64,000 bases of DNA from Auanema rhodensis (taxonomy: Eukaryota; Animalia; Nematoda). Below, one piece after another: positions 12,141-28,684 of the stretch. The notes beneath the pieces were generated by a model. It worked only from the letters and a program-made list of their open reading frames with translations. It had not been told where the DNA came from and searched no databases. Both the position numbers and the translations under genes were made by a program. The stretch is from positions 248,001 through 312,000 of the forward strand of contig CAXKVF010000076.1 in NCBI GenBank assembly GCA_964057225.1. Direction: 5' to 3'. The number at the start of each line of letters is the position of its first letter. Within the stretch, counting starts at the first letter, position 1.

Positions 12141-15100
12141 TCACGTAAATTTCAAAGTCATGGTTACCATGAACCAATATCAATAAAAATTTGTTTTTAG
12201 ACTAATATGGACATGGGGAATCTAATTTTAAAAACCGCATCTCTTTATCTTTCACGTGAAGCGAGTTACATACCAAGTGCACATCACGTGTACATTTAAT
12301 TAGCATAAATTAAAGTTCACGTAAATTTCAAAGTCATGGTTACCATGAAGCAATATCAATAAAAATTTGTTTTTAGACTAATATGGACATGGGGAATCTA
12401 ATTTTGAAAACCGCATCTCTTTATCTTTCACGTGAAGCGAGTTACACACCAAGTGCACATCACGTGTACATTTAATTAGCATAAATTAAAGTTCACGTAA
12501 ATTTCAAAGTCATGGTTACCATGAACCAATATCAATAAAAATTTGTTTTTAGACTAATATGGACATGGGGAATCTAATTTTGAAAACCGCATCTCTTTAT
12601 CTTTCACGTGAAGCGAGTTACATACCAAGTGCACATCACGTGTACATTTAATTAGCATAAATTAAAGTTCACGTAAATTTCAAAGTCATGGTTACCATGC
12701 ACCAATATCAATAAAAATTTGTTTTTAGACTAATATGGACATGGGGAATCTAATTTTGAAAACCGCATCTCTTTATCTTTCACGTGAAGCGAGTTACATA
12801 CCAAGTGCACATCACGTGTACATTTAATTAGCATAAATTAAAGTTCACGTAAATTTCAAAGTCATGGTTACCATGCACCAATATCAATAAAAATTTGTTT
12901 TTAGACTAATATGGACATGGGGAATCTAATTTTGAAAACCGCATCTCTTTATCTTTCACGTGAAGCGAGTTACATACCAAGTGCACATCACGTGTACATT
13001 TAATTAGCATAAATTAAAGTTCACGTAAATTTCAAAGTCATGGTTACCATGCACCAATATCAATAAAAATTTGTTTTTAGACTAATATGGACATGAGGAA
13101 TCTAATTTTGAAAACCGCATCTCTTTATCTTTCACGTGAAGCGAGTTACATACCGAGTGCACATCACGTGTACATTTAATTAGCATAAATTAAAGTTCAC
13201 GTAAATTTCAAAGTCATGGTTACCATGCACCAATATCAATAAAAATTTGTTTTTAGACTAATATGGACATGGGGAATCTAATTTTGAAAACCGCATCTCT
13301 TCATCTTTCACGTGAAGCGAGTTACATACCAAGTGCACATCACGTGTACATTTAATTAGCATAAATTAAAGTTCACGTAAATTTCAAAGTCATGGTTACC
13401 ATGAACCAATATCAATTAAAATTTGTTTTTAGACTAATATGGACATGGGCAATCTAATTTTGAAAACCGCATCTCTTTATCTTTCACGTGAAGCGAGTTA
13501 CATACCAAGTGCACATCACGTGTACATTTAATTAGCATAAATTAAAGTTCACGTAAATTTCAAAGTCATGGTTACCATGCACCAATATCAATAAAAATTT
13601 GTTTTTAGACTAATATGGACATGGGGAATCTAATTTTGAAAACCGCATCTCTTTATCTTTCACGTGAAGCGAGTTACATACCAAGTGCACATCACGTGTA
13701 CATTTAATTAGCATAAATTAAAGTTCACGTAAATTTCAAAGTCATGGTTACCATGCACCAATATCAATAAAAATTTGTTTTTAGACTAATATGGACATGG
13801 GGAATCTAATTTTGAAAACCGCATCTCTTCATCTTTCACGTGAAGCGAGTTACATACCAAGTGCACATCACGTGTACATTTAATTAGCATAAATTAAAGT
13901 TCACGTAAATTTCAAAGTCATGGTTACCATGCACCAATATCAATAAAAATTTGTTTTTAGACTAATATGGACATGGGGAATCTAATTTTGAAAACCGCAT
14001 CTCTTTATCTTTCACGTGAAGCGAGTTACATACCAAGTGCACATCACGTGTACATTTAATTAGCATAAATTAAAGTTCACGTAAATTTCAAAGTCATGGT
14101 TACCATGCACCAATATCAATAAAAATTTGTTTTTAGACTAATATGGACATGGGGAATCTAATTTTGAAAACCGCATCTCTTCATCTTTCACGTGAAGCGA
14201 GTTACATACCAAGTGCACATCAAGTGTACATTTAATTAGCATAAATTAAAGTTCACGTAAATTTCAAAGTCATGGTTACCATGAACCAATATCAATTAAA
14301 ATTTGTTTTTAGACTAATATGGACATGGGCAATCTAATTTTGAAAACCGCATCTCTTTATCTTTCACGTGAAGCGAGTTACATACCAAGTGCACATCACG
14401 TGTACATTTAATTAGCATAAATTAAAGTTCACGTAAATTTCAAAGTCATGGTTACCATGCACCAATATCAATAAAAATTTGTTTTTAGACTAATATGGAC
14501 ATGGGGAATCTAATTTTGAAAACCGCATCTCTTTATCTTTCACGTGAAGCGAGTTACATACCAAGTGCACATCACGTGTACATTTAATTAGCATAAATTA
14601 AAGTTCACGTAAATTTCAAAGTCATGGTTACCATGCACCAATATCAATAAAAATTTGTTTTTAGACTAATATGGACATGGGGAATCTAATTTTGAAAACC
14701 GCATCTCTTCATCTTTCACGTGAAGCGAGTTACATACCAAGTGCACATCACGTGTACATTTAATTAGCATAAATTAAAGTTCACGTAAATTTCAAAGTCA
14801 TGGTTACCATGCACCAATATCAATAAAAATTTGTTTTTAGACTAATATGGACATGGGGAATCTAATTTTGAAAACCGCATCTCTTCATCTTTCACGTGAA
14901 GCGAGTTACATACCAAGTGCACATCACGTGTACATTTAATTAGCATAAATTAAAGTTCACGTAAATTTCAAAGTCATGGTTACCATGCACCAATATCAAT
15001 AAAAATTTGTTTTTAGACTAATATGGACATGGGGAATCTAATTTTGAAAACCGCATCTCTTTATCTTTCACGTGAAGCGAGTTACATACCAAGTGCACAT

Positions 15101-17244
15101 CACGTGTACATTTAATTAGCATAAATTAAAGTTCACGTAAATTTCAAAGTCATGGTTACCATGCACCAATATCAATAAAAATTTGTTTTTAGACTAATAT
15201 GGACATGGGGAATCTAATTTTGAAAACCGCATCTCTTCATCTTTCACGTGAAGCGAGTTACATACCAAGTGCACATCAAGTGTACATTTAATTAGCATAA
15301 ATTAAAGTTCACGTAAATTTCAAAGTCATGGTTACCATGCACCAATATCAATAAAAATTTGTTTTTAGACTAATATGGACATGGGGAATCTAATTTTGAA
15401 AACCGCATCTCTTTATCTTTCACGTGAAGCAAGTTACATACCAAGTGCACATCACGTGTACATTTAATTAGCATAAATTAAAGTTCACGTAAATTTCAAA
15501 GTCATGGTTACCATGAAGCAATATCAATAAAAATTTGTTTTTAGACTAATATGGACATGGGGAATCTAATTTTGAAAACCGCATCTCTTTATCTTTCACG
15601 TGAAGCGAGTTACATACCAAGTGCACATCACGTGTACATTTAATTAGCATAAATTAAAGTTCACGTAAATTTCAAAGTCATGGTTACCATGAAGCAATAT
15701 CAATAAAAATTTGTTTTTAGACTAATATGGACATGGGGAATCTTATTTTGAAAACCGCATCTCTTTATCTTTCACGTGAAGCGAGTTACATACCAAGTGC
15801 ACATCACGTGTACATTTAATTAGCATAAATTAAAGTTCACGTAAATTTCAAAGTCATGGTTACCATGAACCAATATCAATAAAAATTTGTTTTTAGACTA
15901 ATATGGACATGGGGAATCTAATTTTAAAAACCGCATCTCTTTATCTTTCACGTGAAGCGAGTTACATACCAAGTGCACATCACGTGTACATTTAATTAGC
16001 ATAAATTAAAGTTCACGTAAATCTCAAAGTCATGGTTACCATGCACCAATATCAATAAAAATTTGTTTTTAGACTAATATGGACATGGGGAATCTAATTT
16101 TGAAAACCGCATCTCTTTATCTTTCACGTGAAGCGAGTTACATACCAAGTGCACATCACGTGCACATTTAATTAGCATAAATTAAAGTTCACGTAAATTT
16201 CAAAGTCATGGTTACCATGCACCAATATCAATAAAAATTTGTTTTTAGACTAATATGGACATGGGGAATCTAATTTTGAAAACCGCATCTCTTCATCTTT
16301 CACGTGAAGCGAGTTACATACCAAGTGCACATCAAGTGTACATTTAATTAGCATAAATTAAAGTTCACGTAAATTTCAAAGTCATGGTTACCATGCACCA
16401 ATATCAATAAAAATTTGTTTTTAGACTAATATGGACATGGGGAATCTAATTTTGAAAACCGCATCTCTTCATCTTTCACGTGAAGCGAGTTACATACCAA
16501 GTGCACATCAAGTGTACATTTAATTAGCATAAATTAAAGTTCACGTAAATTTCAAAGTCATGGTTACCATGCACCAATATCAATAAAAATTTGTTTTTAG
16601 ACTAATATGGACATGGGGAATCTAATTTTGAAAACCGCATCTCTTTATCTTTCACGTGAAGCAAGTTACATACCAAGTGCACATCACGTGTACATTTAAT
16701 TAGCATAAATTAAAGTTCACGTAAATTTCAAAGTCATGGTTATCATGCACCAATATCAATAAAAATTTGTTTTTAGACTAATATGGACATGGGGAATCTA
16801 ATTTTGAAAACCGCATCTCTTTATCTTTCACGTGAAGCGAGTTACATACCAAGTGCACATCACGTGTACATTTAATTAGCATAAATTAAAGTTCACGAAA
16901 ATTTCAAAGTCATGGTTACCATGCACCAATATCAATAAAAATTTGTTTTTAGACTAATATGGACATGGGGAATCTAATTTTGAAAACCGCATCTCTTCAT
17001 CTTTCACGTGAAGCGAGTTACATACCAAGTGCACATCACGTGTACATTTAATTAGCATAAATTAAAGTTCACGTAAATTTCAAAGTCATGGTTACCATGA
17101 AGCAATATCAATAAAAATTTGTTTTTAGACTAATATGGACATGGGGAATCTAATTTTGAAAACCGCATCTCTTCATCTTTCACGTGAAGCGAGTTACATA
17201 CAAAGTGCACATCACGTGTACATTTAATTAGCATAAATTAAAGT
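12141..17244 (+). repeat. Higher-order block, second copy of 177-4400 with internal expansions
   Basis: Offset is 11964 bp (68x176-4) at the start. It has extra copies of sub-blocks: the A45T+G78C monomer at both 13373 and 14253, and the T106C+C147A monomer doubled at 16189 and 16365. Confidence 0.85.
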
Positions 17245-20236
17245 TCACGTAAATTTCAAAGTCATGGTTACCATGAACCAATATCAATAAAAATTTGTTT
17301 TTAGACTAATATGGACATGGGGAATCTAATTTTGAAAACCGCATCTCTTCATCTTTCACGTGAAGCGAGTTACATACCAAGTGCACATCACGTGTACATT
17401 TAATTAGCATAAATTAAAGTTCACGTAAATTTCAAAGTCATGGTTACCATGCACCAATATCAATAAAAATTTGTTTTTAGACTAATATGGACATGGGGAA
17501 TCTAATTTTGAAAACCGCATCTCTTTATCTTTCACGTGAAGCGAGTTACATACCAAGTGCACATCACGTGTACATTTAATTAGCATAAATTAAAGTTCAC
17601 GTAAATTTCAAAGTCATGGTTACCATGCACCAATATCAATAAAAATTTGTTTTTAGACTAATATGGACATGGGGAATCTAATTTTGAAAACCGCATCTCT
17701 TTATCTTTCACGTGAAGCGAGTTACATACCAAGTGCACATCTCGTGTACATTTAATTAGCATAAATTAAAGTTCACGTAAATTTCAAAGTCATGGTTACC
17801 ATGAAGCAATATCACTAAAAATTTGTTTTTAGACTAATATGGACATGGGGAATCTAATTTTGAAAACCGCATCTCTTTATCTTTCACGTGAAGCGAGTTA
17901 CATACCAAGTGCACATCACGTGTACATTTAATTAGCATAAATTAAAGTTCACGTAAATTTCAAAGTCATGGTTACCATGAACCAATATCAATAAAAATTT
18001 GTTTTTATACTAATATGGACATGGGGAATCTAATTTTAAAAACCGCATCTCTTTATCTTTCACGTGAAGCGAGTTACATACCAAGTGCACATCACGTGTA
18101 CATTTAATTAGCATAAATTAAAGTTCACGTAAATTTCAAAGTCATGGTTACCATGAAGCAATATCAATAAAAATTTGTTTTTAGACTAATATGGACATGG
18201 GGAATCTAATTTTGAAAACCGCATCTCTTTATCTTTCACGTGAAGCGAGTTACACACCAAGTGCACATCACGTGTACATTTAATTAGCATAAATTAAAGT
18301 TCACGTAAATTTCAAAGTCATGGTTACCATGAACCAATATCAATAAAAATTTGTTTTTAGACTAATATGGACATGGGGAATCTAATTTTGAAAACCGCAT
18401 CTCTTCATCTTTCACGTGAAGCGAGTTACATACCAAGTGCACATCAAGTGTACATTTAATTAGCATAAATTAAAGTTCACGTAAATTTCAAAGTCATGGT
18501 TACCATGCACCAATATCAATAAAAATTTGTTTTTAGACTAATATGGACATGGGGAATCTAATTTTGAAAACCGCATCTCTTTATCTTTCACGTGAAGCAA
18601 GTTACATACCAAATGCACATCACGTGTACATTTAATTAGCATAAATTAAAGTTCACGTAAATTTCAAAGTCATGGTTATCATGCACCAATATCAATAAAA
18701 ATTTGTTTTTAGACTAATATGGACATGGGGAATCTAATTTTGAAAACCGCATCTCTTTATCTTTCACGTGAAGCGAGTTACATACCAAGTGCACATCACG
18801 TGTACATTTAATTAGCATAAATTAAAGTTCACGAAAATTTCAAAGTCATGGTTACCATGCACCAATATCAATAAAAATTTGTTTTTAGACTAATATGGAC
18901 ATGGGGAATCTAATTTTGAAAACCGCATCTCTTCATCTTTCACGTGAAGCGAGTTACATACCAAGTGCACATCACGTGTACATTTAATTAGCATAAATTA
19001 AAGTTCACGTAAATTTCAAAGTCATGGTTACCATGAAGCAATATCAATAAAAATTTGTTTTTAGACTAATATGGACATGGGGAATCTAATTTTGAAAACC
19101 GCATCTCTTCATCTTTCACGTGAAGCGAGTTACATACAAAGTGCACATCACGTGTACATTTAATTAGCATAAATTAAAGTTCACGTAAATTTCAAAGTCA
19201 TGGTTACCATGAACCAATATCAATAAAAATTTGTTTTTAGACTAATATGGACATGGGGAATCTAATTTTGAAAACCGCATCTCTTCATCTTTCACGTGAA
19301 GCGAGTTACATACCAAGTGCACATCACGTGTACATTTAATTAGCATAAATTAAAGTTCACGTAAATTTCAAAGTCATGGTTACCATGCACCAATATCAAT
19401 AAAAATTTGTTTTTAGACTAATATGGACATGGGGAATCTAATTTTGAAAACCGCATCTCTTTATCTTTCACGTGAAGCGAGTTACATACCAAGTGCACAT
19501 CACGTGTACATTTAATTAGCATAAATTAAAGTTCACGTAAATTTCAAAGTCATGGTTACCATGCACCAATATCAATAAAAATTTGTTTTTAGACTAATAT
19601 GGACATGGGGAATCTAATTTTGAAAACCGCATCTCTTTATCTTTCACGTGAAGTGAGTTACATACCAAGTGCACATCTCGTGTACATTTAATTAGCATAA
19701 ATTAAAGTTCACGTAAATTTCAAAGTCATGGTTACCATGAAGCAATATCACTAAAAATTTGTTTTTAGACTAATATGGACATGGGGAATCTAATTTTGAA
19801 AACCGCATCTCTTTATCTTTCACGTGAAGCGAGTTACATACCAAGTGCACATCACGTGTACATTTAATTAGCATAAATTAAAGTTCACGTAAATTTCAAA
19901 GTCATGGTTACCATGAACCAATATCAATAAAAATTTGTTTTTATACTAATATGGACATGGGGAATCTAATTTTAAAAACCGCATCTCTTTATCTTTCACG
20001 TGAAGCGAGTTACATACCAAGTGCACATCACGTGTACATTTAATTAGCATAAATTAAAGTTCACGTAAATTTCAAAGTCATGGTTACCATGAAGCAATAT
20101 CAATAAAAATTTGTTTTTAGACTAATATGGACATGGGGAATCTAATTTTGAAAACCGCATCTCTTTATCTTTCACGTGAAGCGAGTTACACACCAAGTGC
20201 ACATCACGTGTACATTTAATTAGCATAAATTAAAGT
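16365..20236 (+). repeat. 11-monomer (1936-bp) higher-order duplication
   Basis: Marker pairs lie 1936 bp apart: C134A 17202/19138, A43C 17815/19751, G60T 18008/19944, T131C 18255/20191. The boundaries are approximate. Confidence 0.85.
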
Positions 20237-23200
20237 TCACGTAAATTTCAAAGTCATGGTTACCATGAACCAATATCAATAAAAATTTGTTTTTAGACTA
20301 ATATGGACATGGGGAATCTAATTTTGAAAACCGCATCTCTTTATCTTTCACGTGAAGCGAGTTACATACCAAGTGCACATCACGTGTACATTTAATTAGC
20401 ATAAATTAAAGTTCACGAAAATTTCAAAGTCATGGTTACCATGCACCAATATCAATAAAAATTTGTTTTTAGACTAATATGGACATGGGGAATCTAATTT
20501 TGAAAACCGCATCTCTTCATCTTTCACGTGAAGCGAGTTACATACCAAGTGCACATCACGTGTACATTTAATTAGCATAAATTAAAGTTCACGTAAATTT
20601 CAAAGTCATGGTTACCATGAAGCAATATCAATAAAAATTTGTTTTTAGACTAATATGGACATGGGGAATCTAATTTTGAAAACCGCATCTCTTCATCTTT
20701 CACGTGAAGCGAGTTACATACAAAGTGCACATCACGTGTACATTTAATTAGCATAAATTAAAGTTCACGTAAATTTCAAAGTCATGGTTACCATGAACCA
20801 ATATCAATAAAAATTTGTTTTTAGACTAATATGGACATGGGGAATCTAATTTTGAAAACCGCATCTCTTCATCTTTCACGTGAAGCGAGTTACATACCAA
20901 GTGCACATCACGTGTACATTTAATTAGCATAAATTAAAGTTCACGTAAATTTCAAAGTCATGGTTACCATGAAGCAATATCAATAAAAATTTGTTTTTAG
21001 ACTAATATGGACATGGGGAATCTAATTTTAAAAACCGCATCTCTTTATCTTTCACGTGAAGCGAGTTACATACCAAGTGCACATCACGTGTACATTTAAT
21101 TAGCATAAATTAAAGTTCACGTAAATTTCAAAGTCATGGTTACCATGAACCAATATCAATAAAAATTTGTTTTTAGACTAATATGGACATGGGGAATCTA
21201 ATTTTGAAAACCGCATCTCTTTATCTTTCACGTGAAGCGAGTTACACACCAAGTGCACATCACGTGTACATTTAATTAGCATAAATTAAAGTTCACGTAA
21301 ATTTCAAAGTCATGGTTACCATGAACCAATATCAATAAAAATTTGTTTTTAGACTAATATGGACATGGGGAATCTAATTTTGAAAACCGCATCTCTTTAT
21401 CTTTCACGTGAAGCGAGTTACATACCAAGTGCACATCACGTGTACATTTAATTAGCATAAATTAAAGTTCACGAAAATTTCAAAGTCATGGTTACCATGC
21501 ACCAATATCAATAAAAATTTGTTTTTAGACTAATATGGACATGGGGAATCTAATTTTGAAAACCGCATCTCTTCATCTTTCACGTGAAGCGAGTTACATA
21601 CCAAGTGCACATCACGTGTACATTTAATTAGCATAAATTAAAGTTCACGTAAATTTCAAAGTCATGGTTACCATGAAGCAATATCAATAAAAATTTGTTT
21701 TTAGACTAATATGGACATGGGGAATCTAATTTTGAAAACCGCATCTCTTCATCTTTCACGTGAAGCGAGTTACATACAAAGTGCACATCACGTGTACATT
21801 TAATTAGCATAAATTAAAGTTCACGTAAATTTCAAAGTCATGGTTACCATGAACCAATATCAATAAAAATTTGTTTTTAGACTAATATGGACATGGGGAA
21901 TCTAATTTTGAAAACCGCATCTCTTCATCTTTCACGTGAAGCGAGTTACATACCAAGTGCACATCACGTGTACATTTAATTAGCATAAATTAAAGTTCAC
22001 GTAAATTTCAAAGTCATGGTTACCATGAAGCAATATCAATAAAAATTTGTTTTTAGACTAATATGGACATGGGGAATCTAATTTTAAAAACCGCATCTCT
22101 TTATCTTTCACGTGAAGCGAGTTACATACCAAGTGCACATCACGTGTACATTTAATTAGCATAAATTAAAGTTCACGTAAATTTCAAAGTCATGGTTACC
22201 ATGCACCAATATCAATAAAAATTTGTTTTTAGACTAATATGGACATGGGGAATCTAATTTTGAAAACCGCATCTCTTTATCTTTCACGTGAAGCGAGTTA
22301 CATACCAAGTGCACATCACGTGTACATTTAATTAGCATAAATTAAAGTTCACGTAAATTTCAAAGTCATGGTTACCATGAAGCAATATCAATAAAAATTT
22401 GTTTTTAGACTAATATGGACATGGGGAATCTAATTTTGAAAACCGCATCTCTTCATCTTTCACGTGAAGCGAGTTACATACAAAGTGCACATCACGTGTA
22501 CATTTAATTAGCATAAATTAAAGTTCACGTAAATTTCAAAGTCATGGTTACCATGAACCAATATCAATAAAAATTTGTTTTTAGACTAATATGGACATGG
22601 GGAATCTAATTTTGAAAACCGCATCTCTTCATCTTTCACGTGAAGCGAGTTACATACCAAGTGCACATCACGTGTACATTTAATTAGCATAAATTAAAGT
22701 TCACGTAAATTTCAAAGTCATGGTTACCATGCACCAATATCAATAAAAATTTGTTTTTAGACTAATATGGACATGGGGAATCTAATTTTGAAAACCGCAT
22801 CTCTTTATCTTTCACGTGAAGCGAGTTACATACCAAGTGCACATCACGTGTACATTTAATTAGCATAAATTAAAGTTCACGTAAATTTCAAAGTCATGGT
22901 TACCATGCACCAATATCAATAAAAATTTGTTTTTAGACTAATATGGACATGGGGAATCTAATTTTGAAAACCGCATCTCTTTATCTTTCACGTGAAGCGA
23001 GTTACATACCAAGTGCACATCTCGTGTACATTTAATTAGCATAAATTAAAGTTCACGTAAATTTCAAAGTCATGGTTACCATGAAGCAATATCACTAAAA
23101 ATTTGTTTTTAGACTAATATGGACATGGGGAATCTAATTTTGAAAACCGCATCTCTTTATCTTTCACGTGAAGCGAGTTACATACCAAGTGCACATCACG

Positions 23201-26200
23201 TGTACATTTAATTAGCATAAATTAAAGTTCACGTAAATTTCAAAGTGATGGTTACCATGAACCAATATCAATAAAAATTTGTTTTTATACTAATATGGAC
23301 ATGGGGAATCTAATTTTAAAAACCGCATCTCTTTATCTTTCACGTGAAGCGAGTTACATACCAAGTGCACATCACGTGTACATTTAATTAGCATAAATTA
23401 AAGTTCACGTAAATTTCAAAGTCATGGTTACCATGAAGCAATATCAATAAAAATTTGTTTTTAGACTAATATGGACATGGGGAATCTAATTTTGAAAACC
23501 GCATCTCTTTATCTTTCACGTGAAGCGAGTTACACACCAAGTGCACATCACGTGTACATTTAATTAGCATAAATTAAAGTTCACGTAAATTTCAAAGTCA
23601 TGGTTACCATGAACCAATATCAATAAAAATTTGTTTTTAGACTAATATGGACATGGGGAATCTAATTTTGAAAACCGCATCTCTTTATCTTTCACGTGAA
23701 GCGAGTTACATACCAAGTGCACATCACGTGTACATTTAATTAGCATAAATTAAAGTTCACGTAAATTTCAAAGTCATGGTTACCATGCACCAATATCAAT
23801 AAAAATTTGTTTTTAGACTAATATGGACATGGGGAATCTAATTTTGAAAACCGCATCTCTTTATCTTTCACGTGAAGCGAGTTACATACCAAGTGCACAT
23901 CACGTGTACATTTAATTAGCATAAATTAAAGTTCACGTAAATTTCAAAGTCATGGTTACCATGAAGCAATATCAATAAAAATTTGTTTTTAGACTAATAT
24001 GGACATGGGGAATCTAATTTTGAAAACCGCATCTCTTCATCTTTCACGTGAAGCGAGTTACATACCAAGTGCACATCAAGTGTACATTTAATTAGCATAA
24101 ATTAAAGTTCACGTAAATTTCAAAGTCATGGTTACCATGCACCAATATCAATAAAAATTTGTTTTTAGACTAATATGGACATGGGGAATCTAATTTTGAA
24201 AACCGCATCTCTTTATCTTTCACGTGAAGCAAGTTACATACCAAGTGCACATCACGTGTACATTTAATTAGCATAAATTAAAGTTCACGTAAATTTCAAA
24301 GTCATGGTTACCATGCACCAATATCAATAAAAATTTGTTTTTAGACTAATATGGACATGGGGAATCTAATTTTGAAAACCGCATCTCTTTATCTTTCACG
24401 TGAAGCGAGTTACATACCAAGTGCACATCACGTGTACATTTAATTAGCATAAATTAAAGTTCACGTAAATTTCAAAGTCATGGTTACCATGCACCAATAT
24501 CAATAAAAATTTGTTTTTAGACTAATATGGACATGGGGAATCTAATTTTGAAAACCGCATCTCTTTATCTTTCACGTGAAGCGAGTTACATACCAAGTGC
24601 ACATCACGTGTACATTTAATTAGCATAAATTAAAGTTCACGTAAATTTCAAAGTCATGGTTACCATGAACCAATATCAATAAAAATTTGTTTTTAGACTA
24701 ATATGGACATGGGGAATCTAATTTTAAAAACCGCATCTCTTTATCTTTCACGTGAAGCGAGTTACATACCAAGTGCACATCACGTGTACATTTAATTAGC
24801 ATAAATTAAAGTTCACGTAAATCTCAAAGTCATGGTTACCATGCACCAATATCAATAAAATTTTGTTTTTAGACTAATATGGACATGGGGAATCTAATTT
24901 TGAAAACCGCATCTCTTTATCTTTCACGTGAAGCGAGTTACATACCAAGTGCACATCACGTGCACATTTAATTAGCATAAATTAAAGTTCACGAAAATTT
25001 CAAAGTCATGGTTACCATGCACCAATATCAATAAAAATTTGTTTTTAGACTAATATGGACATGGGGAATCTAATTTTGAAAACCGCATCTCTTCATCTTT
25101 CACGTGAAGCGAGTTACATACCAAGTGCACATCACGTGTACATTTAATTAGCATAAATTAAAGTTCACGTAAATTTCAAAGTCATGGTTACCATGAAGCA
25201 ATATCAATAAAAATTTGTTTTTAGACTAACATGGACATGGGGAATCTAATTTTGAAAACCGCATCTCTTCATCTTTCACGTGAAGCGAGTTACATACCAA
25301 GTGCACATCACGTGTACATTTAATTAGCATAAATTAAAGTTCACGTAAATTTCAAAGTCATGGTTACCATGAACCAATATCAATAAAAATTTGTTTTTAG
25401 ACTAATATGGACATGGGGAATCTAATTTTGAAAACCGCATCTCTTCATCTTTCACGTGAAGCGAGTTACATACCAAGTGCACATCACGTGTACATTTAAT
25501 TAGCATAAATTAAAGTTCACGTAAATTTCAAAGTCATGGTTACCATGCACCAATATCAATAAAAATTTGTTTTTCGACTAATATGGACATGGGGAATCTA
25601 ATTTTGAAAACCGCATCTCTTTATCTTTCACGTGAAGCGAGTTACATACCAAGTGCACATCACGTGTACATTTAATTAGCATAAATTAAAGTTCACGTAA
25701 ATTTCAAAGTCATGGTTACCATGAAGCAATATCAATAAAAATTTGTTTTTAGACTAATATGGACATGGGGAATCTTATTTTGAAAACCGCATCTCTTTAT
25801 CTTTCACGTGAAGCGAGTTACATACCAAGTGCACATCACGTGTACATTTAATTAGCATAAATTAAAGTTCACGTAAATTTCAAAGTCATGGTTACCATGA
25901 ACCAATATCAATAAAAATTTGTTTTTAGACTAATATGGACATGGGGAATCTAATTTTAAAAACCGCATCTCTTTATCTTTCACGTGAAGCGAGTTACATA
26001 CCAAGTGCACATCACGTGTACATTTAATTAGCATAAATTAAAGTTCACGTAAATCTCAAAGTCATGGTTACCATGCACCAATATCAATAAAAATTTGTTT
26101 TTAGACTAATATGGACATGGGGAATCTAATTTTGAAAACCGCATCTCTTTATCTTTCACGTGAAGCGAGTTACATACCAAGTGCACATCACGTGCACATT

Positions 26201-28684
26201 TAATTAGCATAAATTAAAGTTCACGTAAATTTCAAAGTCATGGTTACCATGCACCAATATCAATAAAAATTTGTTTTTAGACTAATATGGACATGGGGAA
26301 TCTAATTTTGAAAACCGCATCTCTTCATCTTTCACGTGAAGCGAGTTACATACCAAGTGCACATCAAGTGTACATTTAATTAGCATAAATTAAAGTTCAC
26401 GTAAATTTCAAAGTCATGGTTACCATGCACCAATATCAATAAAAATTTGTTTTTAGACTAATATGGACATGGGGAATCTAATTTTGAAAACCGCATCTCT
26501 TTATCTTTCACGTGAAGCAAGTTACATACCAAGTGCACATCACGTGTACATTTAATTAGCATAAATTAAAGTTCACGTAAATTTCAAAGTCATGGTTATC
26601 ATGCACCAATATCAATAAAAATTTGTTTTTAGACTAATATGGACATGGGGAATCTAATTTTGAAAACCGCATCTCTTTATCTTTCACGTGAAGCGAGTTA
26701 CATACCAAGTGCACATCACGTGTACATTTAATTAGCATAAATTAAAGTTCACGAAAATTTCAAAGTCATGGTTACCATGCACCAATATCAATAAAAATTT
26801 GTTTTTAGACTAATATGGACATGGGGAATCTAATTTTGAAAACCGCATCTCTTCATCTTTCACGTGAAGCGAGTTACATACCAAGTGCACATCACGTGTA
26901 CATTTAATTAGCATAAATTAAAGTTCACGTAAATTTCAAAGTCATGGTTACCATGAAGCAATATCAATAAAAATTTGTTTTTAGACTAATATGGACATGG
27001 GGAATCTAATTTTGAAAACCGCATCTCTTCATCTTTCACGTGAAGCGAGTTACATACAAAGTGCACATCACGTGTACATTTAATTAGCATAAATTAAAGT
27101 TCACGTAAATTTCAAAGTCATGGTTACCATGAACCAATATCAATAAAAATTTGTTTTTAGACTAATATGGACATGGGGAATCTAATTTTGAAAACCGCAT
27201 CTCTTCATCTTTCACGTGAAGCGAGTTACATACCAAGTGCACATCACGTGTACATTTAATTAGCATAAATTAAAGTTCACGTAAATTTCAAAGTCATGGT
27301 TACCATGCACCAATATCAATAAAAATTTGTTTTTAGACTAATATGGACATGGGGAATCTAATTTTGAAAACCGCATCTCTTTATCTTTCACGTGAAGCGA
27401 GTTACATACCAAGTGCACATCACGTGTACATTTAATTAGCATAAATTAAAGTTCACGTAAATTTCAAAGTCATGGTTACCATGCACCAATATCAATAAAA
27501 ATTTGTTTTTAGACTAATATGGACATGGGGAATCTAATTTTGAAAACCGCATCTCTTTATCTTTCACGTGAAGCGAGTTACATACCAAGTGCACATCTCG
27601 TGTACATTTAATTAGCATAAATTAAAGTTCACGTAAATTTCAAAGTCATGGTTAGCATGAAGCAATATCACTAAAAATTTGTTTTTAGACTAATATGGAC
27701 ATGGGGAATCTAATTTTGAAAACCGCATCTCTTTATCTTTCACGTGAAGCGAGTTACATACCAAGTGCACATCACGTGTACATTTAATTAGCATAAATTA
27801 AAGTTCACGTAAATTTCAAAGTCATGGTTACCATGAACCAATATCAATAAAAATTTGTTTTTAGACTAATATGGACATGGGGAATCTAATTTTAAAAACC
27901 GCATCTCTTTATCTTTCACGTGAAGCGAGTTACATACCAAGTGCACATCACGTGTACATTTAATTAGCATAAATTAAAGTTCACGTAAATTTCAAAGTCA
28001 TGGTTACCATGAAGCAATATCAATAAAAATTTGTTTTTAGACTAATATGGACATGGGGAATCTAATTTTGAAAACCGCATCTCTTTATCTTTCACGTGAA
28101 GCGAGTTACACACCAAGTGCACATCACGTGTACATTTAATTAGCATAAATTAAAGTTCACGTAAATTTCAAAGTCATGGTTACCATGAAGCAATATCAAT
28201 AAAAATTTGTTTTTAGACTAATATGGACATGGGGAATCTAATTTTGAAAACCGCATCTCTTTATCTTTCACGTGAAGCGAGTTACATACCAAGTGCACAT
28301 CACGTGTACATTTAATTAGCATAAATTAAAGTTCACGTAAATTTCAAAGTCATGGTTACCATGAACCAATATCAATAAAAATTTGTTTTTAGACTAATAT
28401 GGACATGGGGAATCTAATTTTAAAAACCGCATCTCTTTATCTTTCACGTGAAGCGAGTTACATACCAAGTGCACATCACGTGTACATTTAATTAGCATAA
28501 ATTAAAGTTCACGTATATTTCAAAGTCATGGTTACCATGAAGCAATATCAATAAAAATTTGTTTTTAGACTAATATGGACATGGGGAATCTAATTTTAAA
28601 AACCGCATCTCTTTATCTTTCACGTGAAGCGAGTTACATACCAAGTGCACATCACGTGTACATTTAATTAGCATAAATTAAAGT

